Shown here in pieces: positions 42,151 to 52,375 of a stretch of DNA of 64,000 nucleotides. A program made the position numbers and the translations under genes. Each line of letters begins with the position of its first letter. Within the stretch, counting starts at the first letter, position 1. This DNA is from an uncultured Bacillota bacterium (GTDB lineage Bacteria; Bacillota_I; Bacilli_A; RF39; UBA660), in contig CAMOSR010000001.1 in assembly GCA_946625165.1 (NCBI GenBank), forward strand, positions 7,744 through 71,743, written 5' to 3'. The notes under the pieces are model-generated. The model worked only from the letters and a program-made list of their open reading frames with translations, searched no databases and was not told the origin of the DNA.

Positions 42151-42903
42151 TTAGCTTATTATGCTTTTTATTTTTTCAAGAGAATCGGTATTAGAAATGC
42201 CAAATCTCGGTATTTTATACTTGTCTATTCCCCTAGTTACTTTTCTTCCCCCACCGGCAAAAGCCATAGTAAATCCGGCTTCTTTAAGAGCTTCTATTGC
42301 ATGGTCGTTATATTCGTAAAATGGATAAGCGAAATACTTAGAGTTATTTAAGCTTTCACTGCTTTTCTTTAAGTCATTTACTATATATTCTTTATTTTTG
42401 CACAAAATGGCTCCACCTCTACCTATAGGGCATTCTTTTAAATTATGCATATTCCATGTGTGTGAATGAATTTCTAAATTTGGTGATTTATAATCATCTG
42501 GGGAAGCAAGGTGGCCTATTAAAAATAAAGTGGCATGAAGATTATATTTTTCTAATATTTCAATATTGTGTGGTAAATACCAGCCATCATCAATAGTTAT
42601 AACTACAGTTTTTTCTGGTAAATTTATTTTACCATCTATCCATAATTCTAGCTCTTCTAATGTTGCAGTATAATAATTATTTTCTTTTAAGTATTTCATT
42701 TGTTCATCATATTTGTAATCTCTTAAGCATATATTTTGCCTGCATTCTTTGGCTTGTTCTTCATCGATTACGTAGTGATAGTTTATAACAGCAATAGCGT
42801 TTGTACTTTTATATTTATCAATTTCTTTTTTTTCTTTTATATTATCCTTATTTACATATACTTTTTTATCATCAAATATAAAGTAATATTTATCATCTAT
42901 CAT
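42151..42903 (-). CDS. Polysaccharide deacetylase (NodB domain, PdaA/PdaB-like). The true N-terminus probably extends to about 43373 through a frameshift.
   Basis: VVITIDDGWY and HTWNMHNL motifs. The reading frame stays open, with no Met, up to 43374. Confidence 0.7.
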   Translation of the reverse strand: MIDDKYYFIFDDKKVYVNKDNIKEKKEIDKYKSTNAIAVINYHYVIDEEQAKECRQNICLRDYKYDEQMKYLKENNYYTATLEELELWIDGKINLPEKTVVITIDDGWYLPHNIEILEKYNLHATLFLIGHLASPDDYKSPNLEIHSHTWNMHNLKECPIGRGGAILCKNKEYIVNDLKKSSESLNNSKYFAYPFYEYNDHAIEALKEAGFTMAFAGGGRKVTRGIDKYKIPRFGISNTDSLEKIKSIIS

Positions 42904-43495
42904 TATTGGATTAAATGTTATTTCTTTATTGAATTTGTAGTATGAATCTTCATCTATGTATATTGCAGTATTTGGTTTAATTGTTATTTCTAAATTATAA
43001 GGGACGTAATTATATTTTGTATCTGGTTGTTTTTCAACTTTATTTACATCTTTATATAATATATATGCATCAATATTTTCGGCATAAAAATATTTAGTGT
43101 TTTTATCTATTTTTTGTTTTTTTAACTTTAATTCAACATTTGAAATAGTTCCAATAGTCTTTTTCTTTTTATTATATATTTTAACTTCTTTGTTTGCTTT
43201 AACGTAGATGTTATAGTGGCTTTTTATTTCTTTAATCTGTTCTTTTTCTTCTTTTATTTTCTTTTTTTCTAATTCTTTTTTCTGATAAATTAAAAATACT
43301 GATAGGCTTGTTATTATTAAAATTGCCCTATTAAAATAATTATTGGGCCTTTTTTTATTCTTCTTTTTTTCATATTATCACCATACTCATAGTATCATAT
43401 TATTTTTAAAAATTAAAGATATCCATATATTAAATATTATTTTATATGTAATATTATTGTCATTTTAAAAAAAAATATATAATTTTTTAAATTAT

Positions 43496-46306
43496 CTATT
43501 TTAAGTATGGTTTTAAAAACTTTCCTGTATAACTACCATCATAAGCGGCAACTTCTTCTGGAGTTCCAGTTATAACAATGTTTCCACCTTCGTCTCCTCC
43601 TTCTGGTCCTAAGTCTATGATGTAGTCAGCCACTTTGATAACGTCTAGGTTGTGCTCAATAACAATAACGGTATCTCCATTATCAACTATTCCATCTAAT
43701 ATGATAAGTAGTTTTTTGATATCATCGGTATGAAGACCAGTTGTAGGTTCGTCTAAGATAAATAAGCTTTTACCAGTTGGTTTTTTTTGAAGTTCTTTAG
43801 CTAGTTTAATTCTGGCTGCTTCTCCGCCTGATAGAGTTGGAGCAGATTGCCCTAATTTAATATATGATAGTCCAACATTCATAAGCATTTGTAATTTGTG
43901 TTTTATTTTTGGGTGGTTTTCAAAGAATTCTAATGCTTCTTCTACTGTCATGTCTAGAACTTCCGAAATATTTTTACCTTTGTACTTTATTTGTAAAGTT
44001 TCACTATTATATCTTGTTCCATGACAAACCTCACAAGGAACATAAACATCTGGAAGAAAATGCATTTCTATTTTTTTAACACCATCTCCCCAGCAAGCTT
44101 CACATCTTCCGCCTTTAACATTAAATGAGAATCTTCCTTTATCATAACCTCTCATTTTAGCCTCTTTCGTTTCTGTAAAGACTTCTCTAATATCATCAAA
44201 TACGCCGGTGTATGTGGCTGGATTACTTCTTGGGGTCCTGCCGATTGGGGTTTGAGAAATATCTACTACTTTATCAATATTTTCTAAACCTTTTATTTTT
44301 TTAAATTTACCAGGTTTAGTTTTTGTTTTATATAAATTGTTGGCAACTACTCTATAAAGTATTTCGTTTACTAAAGTACTTTTACCTGAACCTGAAACTC
44401 CTGTTACACAAATAAATTTTCCGAGGGGAAATTTTACTTTAATATTTTTTAGATTGTTTTCAGAGGCTCCATCTATTTCTAAGTACTTTTTATTTCCTTT
44501 TCTTCTTTTCTTAGGTACTTCTATTTTGTATTCGCCTGTTAGATATTTGGCGGTTAAACTATTTTTATTTTTCATAACTTCTTGTGGTGTGCCTGCGGCA
44601 ATGACTTCTCCTCCATGAACACCCGCTTTTGGTCCAATATCAACTAAGTAGTCTGCAGCAAGCATGGTGTCAGTATCGTGTTCGACTACTATTAATGTAT
44701 TGCCTAAGTCACGCATTTCTAATAATGATTTAATAAGTCTATTATTGTCTCTTTGATGAAGACCAATACTTGGTTCATCTAAGACGTATAAAACTCCTGT
44801 TAGTCTTGAGCCTATTTGGGTAGCTAATCTGATTCTTTGTGCTTCTCCTCCAGATAGGGTTTTGGCTTCTCTTGAAAGTGTTAGATACTCAAGTCCGACA
44901 TTGATTAAGAATTTTAATCTCGAATTAATTTCTTTGATTACTAAATCTGATATTTCTTTTTCCTCTTTATTTAATTTTAAATTCGATAAGAATTCATATA
45001 GTCTTCCGATTGAAAGCTTTGTGACTTCATATATATTTTTACCGCCAATTAGAACTGATAATACGCTATCGTCTAGTCTGGCCCCGTGGCATTTTGGACA
45101 CTCTAATTCAGTCATGTAGTTTTCTATCCATTGCCTTATCCAAGTACTTTTGGTTTCTACATATCTTCTTTCTAAATTGGTAATTATTCCTTCAAAGAAG
45201 CCTTTAGTTGTTCTAGTGTTTCCACTTTTAGATACATAATTAAAAGTCATCATTTCACTAGAACCGTATAAAACTATATCTAGCTGTTTTCTAGTCAAGT
45301 TTTTAACCGGGGTGTCCATATCTATTTTATGGTGGTGGCAAGCGGTTTCGAGGTTAGTGTAAGTTATATTGTTGTCATCACCACTTACTATAGTAATCGC
45401 TCCTTCATTAATGCTTTTATCTTTATCAGGGATGATTAAGTCTTCATCTATTTTGTATTTAATTCCAAGGCCTTTGCATTCTGGGCAAGCGCCCCATGGC
45501 GCGTTAAATGAAAACATTCTTGGTTCTAATGAGGGAAGTGAAAAATTACATTCTGGGCAGGCGTATGTTTCACTCATTAACATTTTTTCTCCGCCTACTA
45601 CATCAATTAAGACTTTGCCTTTGCCTAATTTAGTTGCGGTTTCCATGCTTTCATAAAGTCGGCTTCTAATATCAGGTTTAATGATAAGTCTGTCGATAAC
45701 TACTTCAATTGTGTGTTTTTTATTTTTGTCTAATACTATATCTTCTGATAAATCATATTCTCCTTCATCTATTACAGCTCTTACATAGCCATCTTTTCTT
45801 AAATTTTCGAGTAAATCTTTATGGGTTCCTTTTTCTAAAGCTACTACTGGTGCGAGAACTCTAATCTTGGTTTTTTCTTCTAGTTTTAAAACATCATTAA
45901 CCATTTCTTCAATTGACTGACTACTAATTGGAATATGATGATTTGGGCAGTATGGAACACCAATCCTTGCATATAAAAGTCTTAAATAGTCATATATCTC
46001 GGTTACAGTTCCAACTGTACTTCTTGGATTTTTGTTAGTTGTTTTTTGATCAATACTAATAGATGGGCTTAAACCTTCTATACTATCAACGTCTGGTTTA
46101 TCAGAACCACCTAAGAACTGTCTGGCATAAGCACTCAAACTTTCAACATATCTCCTTTGTCCTTCAGCGTAAATTGTGTCAAATGCGAGTGAACTTTTTC
46201 CTGAACCACTTACTCCTGTCATTACTATTAGTTTGTTTTTTGGAAGTGTTATATCTATGTTTTTAAGGTTGTTTTCTCTGGCACCTTTAATAATTATTTC
46301 GTCCAT
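43496..46306 (-). CDS. uvrA: Excinuclease ABC subunit A
   Basis: 936 aa; two ABC ATPase modules and zinc fingers. Confidence 0.95.
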   Translation of the reverse strand: MDEIIIKGARENNLKNIDITLPKNKLIVMTGVSGSGKSSLAFDTIYAEGQRRYVESLSAYARQFLGGSDKPDVDSIEGLSPSISIDQKTTNKNPRSTVGTVTEIYDYLRLLYARIGVPYCPNHHIPISSQSIEEMVNDVLKLEEKTKIRVLAPVVALEKGTHKDLLENLRKDGYVRAVIDEGEYDLSEDIVLDKNKKHTIEVVIDRLIIKPDIRSRLYESMETATKLGKGKVLIDVVGGEKMLMSETYACPECNFSLPSLEPRMFSFNAPWGACPECKGLGIKYKIDEDLIIPDKDKSINEGAITIVSGDDNNITYTNLETACHHHKIDMDTPVKNLTRKQLDIVLYGSSEMMTFNYVSKSGNTRTTKGFFEGIITNLERRYVETKSTWIRQWIENYMTELECPKCHGARLDDSVLSVLIGGKNIYEVTKLSIGRLYEFLSNLKLNKEEKEISDLVIKEINSRLKFLINVGLEYLTLSREAKTLSGGEAQRIRLATQIGSRLTGVLYVLDEPSIGLHQRDNNRLIKSLLEMRDLGNTLIVVEHDTDTMLAADYLVDIGPKAGVHGGEVIAAGTPQEVMKNKNSLTAKYLTGEYKIEVPKKRRKGNKKYLEIDGASENNLKNIKVKFPLGKFICVTGVSGSGKSTLVNEILYRVVANNLYKTKTKPGKFKKIKGLENIDKVVDISQTPIGRTPRSNPATYTGVFDDIREVFTETKEAKMRGYDKGRFSFNVKGGRCEACWGDGVKKIEMHFLPDVYVPCEVCHGTRYNSETLQIKYKGKNISEVLDMTVEEALEFFENHPKIKHKLQMLMNVGLSYIKLGQSAPTLSGGEAARIKLAKELQKKPTGKSLFILDEPTTGLHTDDIKKLLIILDGIVDNGDTVIVIEHNLDVIKVADYIIDLGPEGGDEGGNIVITGTPEEVAAYDGSYTGKFLKPYLK

Positions 46307-46494
46307 AGTATCTCTCCTTTTTGTCTCTATACTATTATATCAAATATGTCAATTATAATAATACTAAGGAAACAAATGTTTGTCAATCTTATTTGTAAAA
46401 ATTCAGTTTTTATTTCATTATAGTAGTTCAAAAAATCACCTTCTATATTATACATGCTGGATAAAATCTTTATTTCCTTTTTTTATCAAAAAAA

Positions 46495-46690
46495 CTTTAT
46501 AAAATAGTTTTATATTAGTGTTTCTAAATAAAGAAAATGTTAAATCAGTTCAATATAAGGGAATAAATAAGCTTGATGATTCTAGTATAAATTATTTGAT
46601 TAGATTAGAGTGTAATCCTTCAGTAAAACCTCAAATTAGAAGGAATAGTATTGAAATTCCTTACACGCAAATTGATATTCATAATAAATA
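46495..46690 (+). pseudogene. C-terminal remnant of an MscS-family mechanosensitive channel
   Basis: Translation ..KGINKLDDSSINYLIRLECNPS...IEIPYTQIDIHNK* resembles the MscS C-terminal domain (SSSINFVVRVW..ISFPYPQMDV). No transmembrane portion. Confidence 0.4.
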
Positions 46691-46728
46691 ATGCCAGTAT
46701 GGCATTTTTTTATTAAAAAAAGAGATTT

Positions 46729-47079
46729 TTAATCTCTTGGTTCAAATACTAGCGAGAAGAAGAAAGAAAATATAATGGCGGCGCTTATTCCTGCTGAGGT
46801 TAAGTTTAATGTTCCATTAAATAGGCCTAGTATGCCCCCTTGGTTATATCCTTCAATAGCTCCGTGGGTTAACATATGTCCAAAACTGGTAATTGGAACT
46901 AAGGCTCCACCTCCAGCCCAAAGAACTATTTTGTCATATATGTTGAATACATCTAAGAATGTTCCGACAACAACAAATATAACAGTAATATGACCTGGTG
47001 TAAAGTTGGTGTTATCTAGTATTATTTGACCTATTGCACATACCAATCCGCAAAATAGAAAGGCGTTTAAATATACCAT
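46729..47079 (-). CDS. spoVAEB: Stage V sporulation protein AEB
   Basis: 116 aa; PITSFGHMLTHGA and LTSAGISAAIIF match SpoVAEB. Confidence 0.75.
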   Translation of the reverse strand: MVYLNAFLFCGLVCAIGQIILDNTNFTPGHITVIFVVVGTFLDVFNIYDKIVLWAGGGALVPITSFGHMLTHGAIEGYNQGGILGLFNGTLNLTSAGISAAIIFSFFFSLVFEPRD

Positions 47080-48059
47080 TATACTGCCTCCAAACTAACG
47101 GCATGAGCTACCGCTGGTATTGTTAATTTTTGGTTAGTCATGGTTGGGTTCATTAAGGCTCCTGTAGCAACAAGTAATACTTTATTTAGTTTCTTCTTTT
47201 TCATTTGACTAAATATATAACTATAAGTAACTAATGGGGCGCAAGCAGCTCCGCTAGCTCCGGCATATACTGGCTGGCTATCTACGTCAAATATCATAGT
47301 TCCAGTATCGTTATAGTTTTTTAGATGAATATTATATTCTTCTTTCATATATTCTTTTATAATTTCTTTTCCGTATACTCCTAGGTCACCTGTTAAAATT
47401 AAATCGTAATAATCAATTGTTCTTCCTGTATCAGTTAAATGTTTGTTAATAGTATCGGCGGCTGCTTTAGCCATGACTGCACCCATGTGAAATACGTTAG
47501 TGGTTTTAGAATCTACTACTTTTCCAATAGTTCCAGATTCTATCTTTATTCCTTTTTTTATTTTTGTTAGTAAAGCTGATGCAGCTCCAGTTGTTGTAAA
47601 AGTGGTAGTTTTCGGTTTTGGCCCACCATATTCTATGGGATATCTATATTGTTTTTCAGCGCCATTATTATGTGATGAAGCAAAGGTAATTACGTTTTCT
47701 GCAAGTTTATTTTCAATAAAGTTTGCACCTAAGATTAAGCCTAAAGTACTTGTTGAACAAGCCGCATATATACCGATGAAACTGGAATTTATTTTAGAAG
47801 CGGCGTAACTTGAAGCTACTATTTGATTTAATAGGTCGCCGCCTATTAATATACTTGCAGTTTTTATATTGCTTTTATTTTTTAGCATATCGATGCTTTC
47901 ATTTATAAGTTTTGTTTCTGCTTGTTCCCAAGTTTTTGCTTTAAAGTATAAATCGTCATATGTTTTATCAAAGTATTTTTTTAAGGGGCCATTAGCTTCA
48001 TAAGGACCAGTGATGGTAGCTGTTTCATTTATATAAACATTATTATATTTTATCGTCAT
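47079..48059 (-). CDS. spoVAD: Stage V sporulation protein AD
   Basis: 326 aa thiolase-like protein. Confidence 0.8.
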   Translation of the reverse strand: MTIKYNNVYINETATITGPYEANGPLKKYFDKTYDDLYFKAKTWEQAETKLINESIDMLKNKSNIKTASILIGGDLLNQIVASSYAASKINSSFIGIYAACSTSTLGLILGANFIENKLAENVITFASSHNNGAEKQYRYPIEYGGPKPKTTTFTTTGAASALLTKIKKGIKIESGTIGKVVDSKTTNVFHMGAVMAKAAADTINKHLTDTGRTIDYYDLILTGDLGVYGKEIIKEYMKEEYNIHLKNYNDTGTMIFDVDSQPVYAGASGAACAPLVTYSYIFSQMKKKKLNKVLLVATGALMNPTMTNQKLTIPAVAHAVSLEAV

Positions 48060-48493
48060 ACTAGTCCCACCAGCATTCTAATTAGGCTAAAGACAAAGCT
48101 TCCGATAATTCCATATATGATTACAGCACCTGATAGTTTTAGCATATTCGCTCCTATGCCTGTTACTAAGCCTTCTTTCCGGTATTCTAAGGCAGCGCTT
48201 TGTGTTGCATGAGCAAAGCCAGTGATTGGAATTATAAGTCCACATTTACAAAAATTCACCCACTTATCAAAAAAACCTAAACTTGTAAATAGACAGCTTA
48301 AGAAAATCAAGGTTATTAACATACATACTGTTGCTTCTTTTGAGGAAACAGAAAAGTAATATTGATAAAATTCAATTAAAAGTTCCCCGATTATTCCCAT
48401 AATTCCGCCTATTATAAAAGCAATAATTGTATTATAAAAAACGGCTTCTTTTGGCGTATATTTGTCTACTATTTTTTGATATTTATCTTTCAT
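48056..48493 (-). CDS. spoVAC: Stage V sporulation protein AC
   Basis: Start trimmed to MKDKYQK; the longer ORF would overlap the pilin gene. Small polytopic membrane protein. Confidence 0.7.
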   Translation of the reverse strand: MKDKYQKIVDKYTPKEAVFYNTIIAFIIGGIMGIIGELLIEFYQYYFSVSSKEATVCMLITLIFLSCLFTSLGFFDKWVNFCKCGLIIPITGFAHATQSAALEYRKEGLVTGIGANMLKLSGAVIIYGIIGSFVFSLIRMLVGLV

Positions 48494-48554
48494 GTTTTTC
48501 CTCCCAATAATATTATGATGTCTTTTGGGATTTTCTATGCAAAAAAAGTGACGC

Positions 48555-48932
48555 TTATGAACATGTGTCACTTTCTAAACCACATCTAACTGGTTTAAAT
48601 TCGTATTTGTATTTATTACTAGTAAAGGTAATGATAACATAGCCACATATGTCCTCACTGGATTTGCGTGGATCTTTTATATTTTTATTTGTTAGAAAGC
48701 CAGAATTTTGTAATTTTTTTATACTTATATTACAAGTTTCTTCTGGAAGCTGTTTAGAATTACTAGACATATAAGTTCTGGCGGCTTGTTCAATGAGGTT
48801 AACTTGTTCTTTGTATGTTTTTTCTTTTGAGTCATTTATTATTCCACCTACTGCTGGAACGGTAATCATAGTTATTATTCCAATAATTGTAATTACGGCT
48901 AAAAGTTCAATTAGTGTAAATCCTTTTTTCAT
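48555..48932 (-). CDS. ComGC-like type IV major pilin / pseudopilin
   Basis: N-terminus MKKGFTLIELLAVITIIGIITMITVPA; paralogous to 23338-23691. Confidence 0.65.
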   Translation of the reverse strand: MKKGFTLIELLAVITIIGIITMITVPAVGGIINDSKEKTYKEQVNLIEQAARTYMSSNSKQLPEETCNISIKKLQNSGFLTNKNIKDPRKSSEDICGYVIITFTSNKYKYEFKPVRCGLESDTCS

Positions 48933-48973
48933 ATTATCACCTATTATTATTATAATTTAATAGGCATTGCTTG

Positions 48974-49618
48974 TCAATTGAAGGCCTTTCTTAGTTTAGT
49001 TAGGGCTTTTTGTTCCTTTCTAGAGACGTCTACCTGAGATAGACCTAAATTATTTGCAATTTCTGTTTGGGTTAAGTCTTCAAAATATCTTTCTAGCATA
49101 ATGCTTCTTTCTGGTTCACTTAAATTTTCTATTTCATCTTTTAAGGCTAGTAATGTGTCGTAATCTGTTTGTTTATCAGCGACAATTTCATGCATGGACA
49201 GGTCGTCAGCAAATAATTCGTCCATGCTAAATGGATCGGTATAGTTTAATATTTGTTCAACTATTCTCTCATCTATTTCTAAATAGTTACTTAACTCTTT
49301 ATTAGATGGCACATGCATAAAGATTTGGGTTAAGTGGTTTCTTGCGTCTTCTATTTTGTTTTTTAATCTAGCCATGTCTCTACTTAATTTAACGGTGTGA
49401 TCTTCTCTTACAAATTTGCTCATTTCACCATAGATATATTGATAGGCGTAACTTGTAAATTTTGTCCCTTTAGTTTCATCATAGTTTTTATAAGCTTCTA
49501 TCATTCCAATACATCCTACTTGAAATAAATCTTCTTTATTTTTATATTTTGTAAATTTATTTGCAATACTATAGATAAAACTTTCGTTTCTTAAAATTAT
49601 TTCGTTTATATCTTCCAT
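48974..49618 (-). CDS. sigF: Sporulation sigma factor, SigF/SigG-like (sigma-70 regions 2 and 4)
   Basis: DLFQVGCIGMIEAYKNYD...F.SYA..I.GEM region 2. LSEPERSIMLERYFEDLTQTEIANNLGLSQVDVSRKEQKAL region 4. Confidence 0.7.
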   Translation of the reverse strand: MEDINEIILRNESFIYSIANKFTKYKNKEDLFQVGCIGMIEAYKNYDETKGTKFTSYAYQYIYGEMSKFVREDHTVKLSRDMARLKNKIEDARNHLTQIFMHVPSNKELSNYLEIDERIVEQILNYTDPFSMDELFADDLSMHEIVADKQTDYDTLLALKDEIENLSEPERSIMLERYFEDLTQTEIANNLGLSQVDVSRKEQKALTKLRKAFN

Positions 49619-49629
49619 ATCTGCCTCCT

Positions 49630-49941
49630 TTAAACACCAATTAAATTAACGGCAGTCATCTCATCAGTTACATAGTTTAGTTTTTTTATTAAACCTATTT
49701 GACTCGGATTTACACATATAAAGCTTTTTTCACATATTTTGTAGCATTTTTCCAGGGTTTTTATGCCGCTTTTGTCAATATAATTTAAGTTTTGGATGTT
49801 TAATACAATGTTTTGAATACCAACATTATTAATTAGTGTGATTACTTCTTTATTTAGTTTACTTCTTGTCTCTTTTGTCAGTTTTCCAAATAATCTAACA
49901 AATAAAATGCCCATTTTAGAGTCTATATCAATGTCTAACAT
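49630..49941 (-). CDS. spoIIAA: STAS-domain anti-sigma-factor antagonist SpoIIAA
   Basis: 103 aa; ILFVRLFGKLT...IVLNIQNLNYIDKSGI aligns to SpoIIAA, including the phospho-Ser position. Confidence 0.7.
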   Translation of the reverse strand: MLDIDIDSKMGILFVRLFGKLTKETRSKLNKEVITLINNVGIQNIVLNIQNLNYIDKSGIKTLEKCYKICEKSFICVNPSQIGLIKKLNYVTDEMTAVNLIGV

Positions 49942-50072
49942 ATCATCACCGTTTAAAGTGTAGCATGCTTTTGGTTTTGATTATATAGTTTCGACAAAAC
50001 TAGAATTTAATTTTAAGTTATATTTTCTATGTCTATTGATTGTGAGTGATATTTTTCACTATAAAAGGAAGA

Positions 50073-52271
50073 TTATTCAGTATCTTCCTTTTTTTCTAGT
50101 TTAATTAAAACTTCTCTTGGCTTTGATCCGTTTGGTGGCCCAATAATGCCTCTTTCCTCTAATAGGTCAATACATCTGGCCGCTCTATTATAGCCTAGTC
50201 TAAATCTTCTTTGAAGTAATGAAGCACTAGCTTTACCTTGAGTTATAACAAATTCTCTAATTTCGTTATATAAAGGTTCTTCATGATCGTCATTACTATC
50301 TACCATAGTAGTTGCTCCTTTATCTTCGTCTGATAAAGTTAGTGATTTATCATACATAGCTTTTTGCTGAGAAATAGTATAATCGACGACTTTTTTGATT
50401 TCTTCATCACTGATGAATGTACCTTGAACTCTTACTGGAACGTTTTCTCCTTGTGGTAGAAATAGCATATCACCTTTACCGAGTAGTTTTTCGGCTCCGC
50501 TCATATCTAAAATTGTTCTAGAGTCGATACTGCTTGATACGGCGAATGAAATTCTCGATGGAATATTTGCTTTTACTACACCGGTAATGACATCGGTACT
50601 TGGTCTTTGAGTAGCTACAATTAAATGTATTCCGGCAGCTCTAGCCATTTGTGTAATACGCATAATAGAATCTTCTACTTCTTTAGCGGCTACTAGCATT
50701 AAGTCAGCAAGCTCATCGATGATGACAACAATGTATGGTAATTTTTGAATTTGCTCATCTTCTGGTAGTGTTTCATTTTTCTTTTCGACGTATGCGTTAT
50801 AACCAGCTATGTTTTTTGTTTTACTTTCTTCAAATAGGTCATAACGGTCTTCCATTATTTTAACTATTTTTTGAAGAACGATATTAGCTTTTTTAGGATC
50901 GGTTACAACTGGCGTTAATAAATGTGGTACACCATTATACATTGAAAGTTCAACCTTTTTAGGATCAACCAAAACTAATTTTACTTCGTCTGGTTTAGTG
51001 CGCATTAAAATGGAGGTAATCATACTATTAATACACACTGATTTACCTGAGCCGGTAGAACCAGCTACTAATAAGTGTGGGGTTTTATCAATTTCACAAA
51101 AAATTGACTCTCCCATAATGCTTTTACCTAACGCGACTAGTAATTTTCTATCTTCTTTCTCTTTTGGAACGGCAGTTAATATTTCCCTTACTGAAACTGG
51201 TGTAGTCGTTTTGTTAGGCAGCTCAATACCAACTGTTTTTTTGCCTGGAATTGGAGCTTGAATACGGACGTCCTTAGCTCCTAGGTCTAAGGCGATTTCT
51301 TTATTTAAAGCAGTTATTTTTGATAATCTTGTTCCAGATTTTACTTCAAGTTCATACTGGGTTACAGATGGGCCGATGTGGGCTGTTGCAACTTTAACTT
51401 CAACGCCGAAATCTCTAGTAACTTTTTCGATTGCAGCTGCGTTTTGATTGATGGCTTCTTTATTAGCTTTAGTAGCTGTACTTTTACTTCCTGATGGTTT
51501 ATTTAGCAGTTCAATTGGTGGTTTTTGATAGCCTTTGGTATCCATATGTTCTTCTGGGATTGTCTCTTCTTTTTCTTTAGGCGTGTTATTTTCTAATTCG
51601 TCCATCGAAGATATAATTAGTTTTTTGCTTCCTTCAGTTTCGTATTGTTCTTCAGCTTCTTTAACGGCTTCTCTTATTTTAACGTTGTGAGTAGCTTCTT
51701 TTATGTTTTCCATCTTATCTTTTATATAAGTTATAGCATCATAAATGGATACTCCAGTAAACATGATAGTACCACATACAATTAAGGCAACACATACTAC
51801 TCTAGTACCTTCTAAGGTTAATAGTTTATATCCAATGACTGAGAATATGGCACCAATCATTCCTCCGCCTTGAATAGCTTCAGTATGTTTGACAAAGCCC
51901 ATTAAATTATTTATAGTTTCGGTAAATATTTTACTGGCTTCAGCGCCTTTATCAGCAAGTTCTTTAATATATTCGGTATGTGATAACGTCAAAATACCGA
52001 TCATTAAAATATAAAGGCCTACTAAACGTGATGTTATAAAATCGGGATTTTCCCTTTTTATCATCATATATATGCCTGTGGCTCCAATGCATAAAAGTGG
52101 CACTATGTACCATCCACCTGCTAGAAATCCGGCAAAGCCTTTAAATATATCAGCTGCTATGCCAAATGGACAGCATCCAATAATTGCGACTAATAATAAT
52201 AAAATTCCTTTTAACTCTACACTATATGTTGCTTCTTTTTTTGTTTGTTTTCTTTTTTTCCTTTTAGCCAT
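50073..52271 (-). CDS. ftsK: DNA translocase FtsK/SpoIIIE
   Basis: N-terminal transmembrane helices, linker, motor domain with LVAGSTGSGKSVCINSMI; C-terminal winged helix. Confidence 0.9.
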   Translation of the reverse strand: MAKRKKRKQTKKEATYSVELKGILLLLVAIIGCCPFGIAADIFKGFAGFLAGGWYIVPLLCIGATGIYMMIKRENPDFITSRLVGLYILMIGILTLSHTEYIKELADKGAEASKIFTETINNLMGFVKHTEAIQGGGMIGAIFSVIGYKLLTLEGTRVVCVALIVCGTIMFTGVSIYDAITYIKDKMENIKEATHNVKIREAVKEAEEQYETEGSKKLIISSMDELENNTPKEKEETIPEEHMDTKGYQKPPIELLNKPSGSKSTATKANKEAINQNAAAIEKVTRDFGVEVKVATAHIGPSVTQYELEVKSGTRLSKITALNKEIALDLGAKDVRIQAPIPGKKTVGIELPNKTTTPVSVREILTAVPKEKEDRKLLVALGKSIMGESIFCEIDKTPHLLVAGSTGSGKSVCINSMITSILMRTKPDEVKLVLVDPKKVELSMYNGVPHLLTPVVTDPKKANIVLQKIVKIMEDRYDLFEESKTKNIAGYNAYVEKKNETLPEDEQIQKLPYIVVIIDELADLMLVAAKEVEDSIMRITQMARAAGIHLIVATQRPSTDVITGVVKANIPSRISFAVSSSIDSRTILDMSGAEKLLGKGDMLFLPQGENVPVRVQGTFISDEEIKKVVDYTISQQKAMYDKSLTLSDEDKGATTMVDSNDDHEEPLYNEIREFVITQGKASASLLQRRFRLGYNRAARCIDLLEERGIIGPPNGSKPREVLIKLEKKEDTE

Positions 52272-52375
52272 CTTGTATCACTCCGTTATTTTAATTATAA
52301 CATCATTTATTTTAAAGGGAAAGTTTTGATTGTCATTATTTAACATTTTTGGACAAAAAAATCAAAGTATTTTAA

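Noticed and set aside
48494-48571. Long N-terminal extension of the spoVAC ORF (MTHVHKRHFFC...) overlapping the pilin gene
   Set aside because: The extension overlaps the upstream pilin coding region and has no SpoVAC homology. The internal Met (MKDKYQK) gives the expected protein size.
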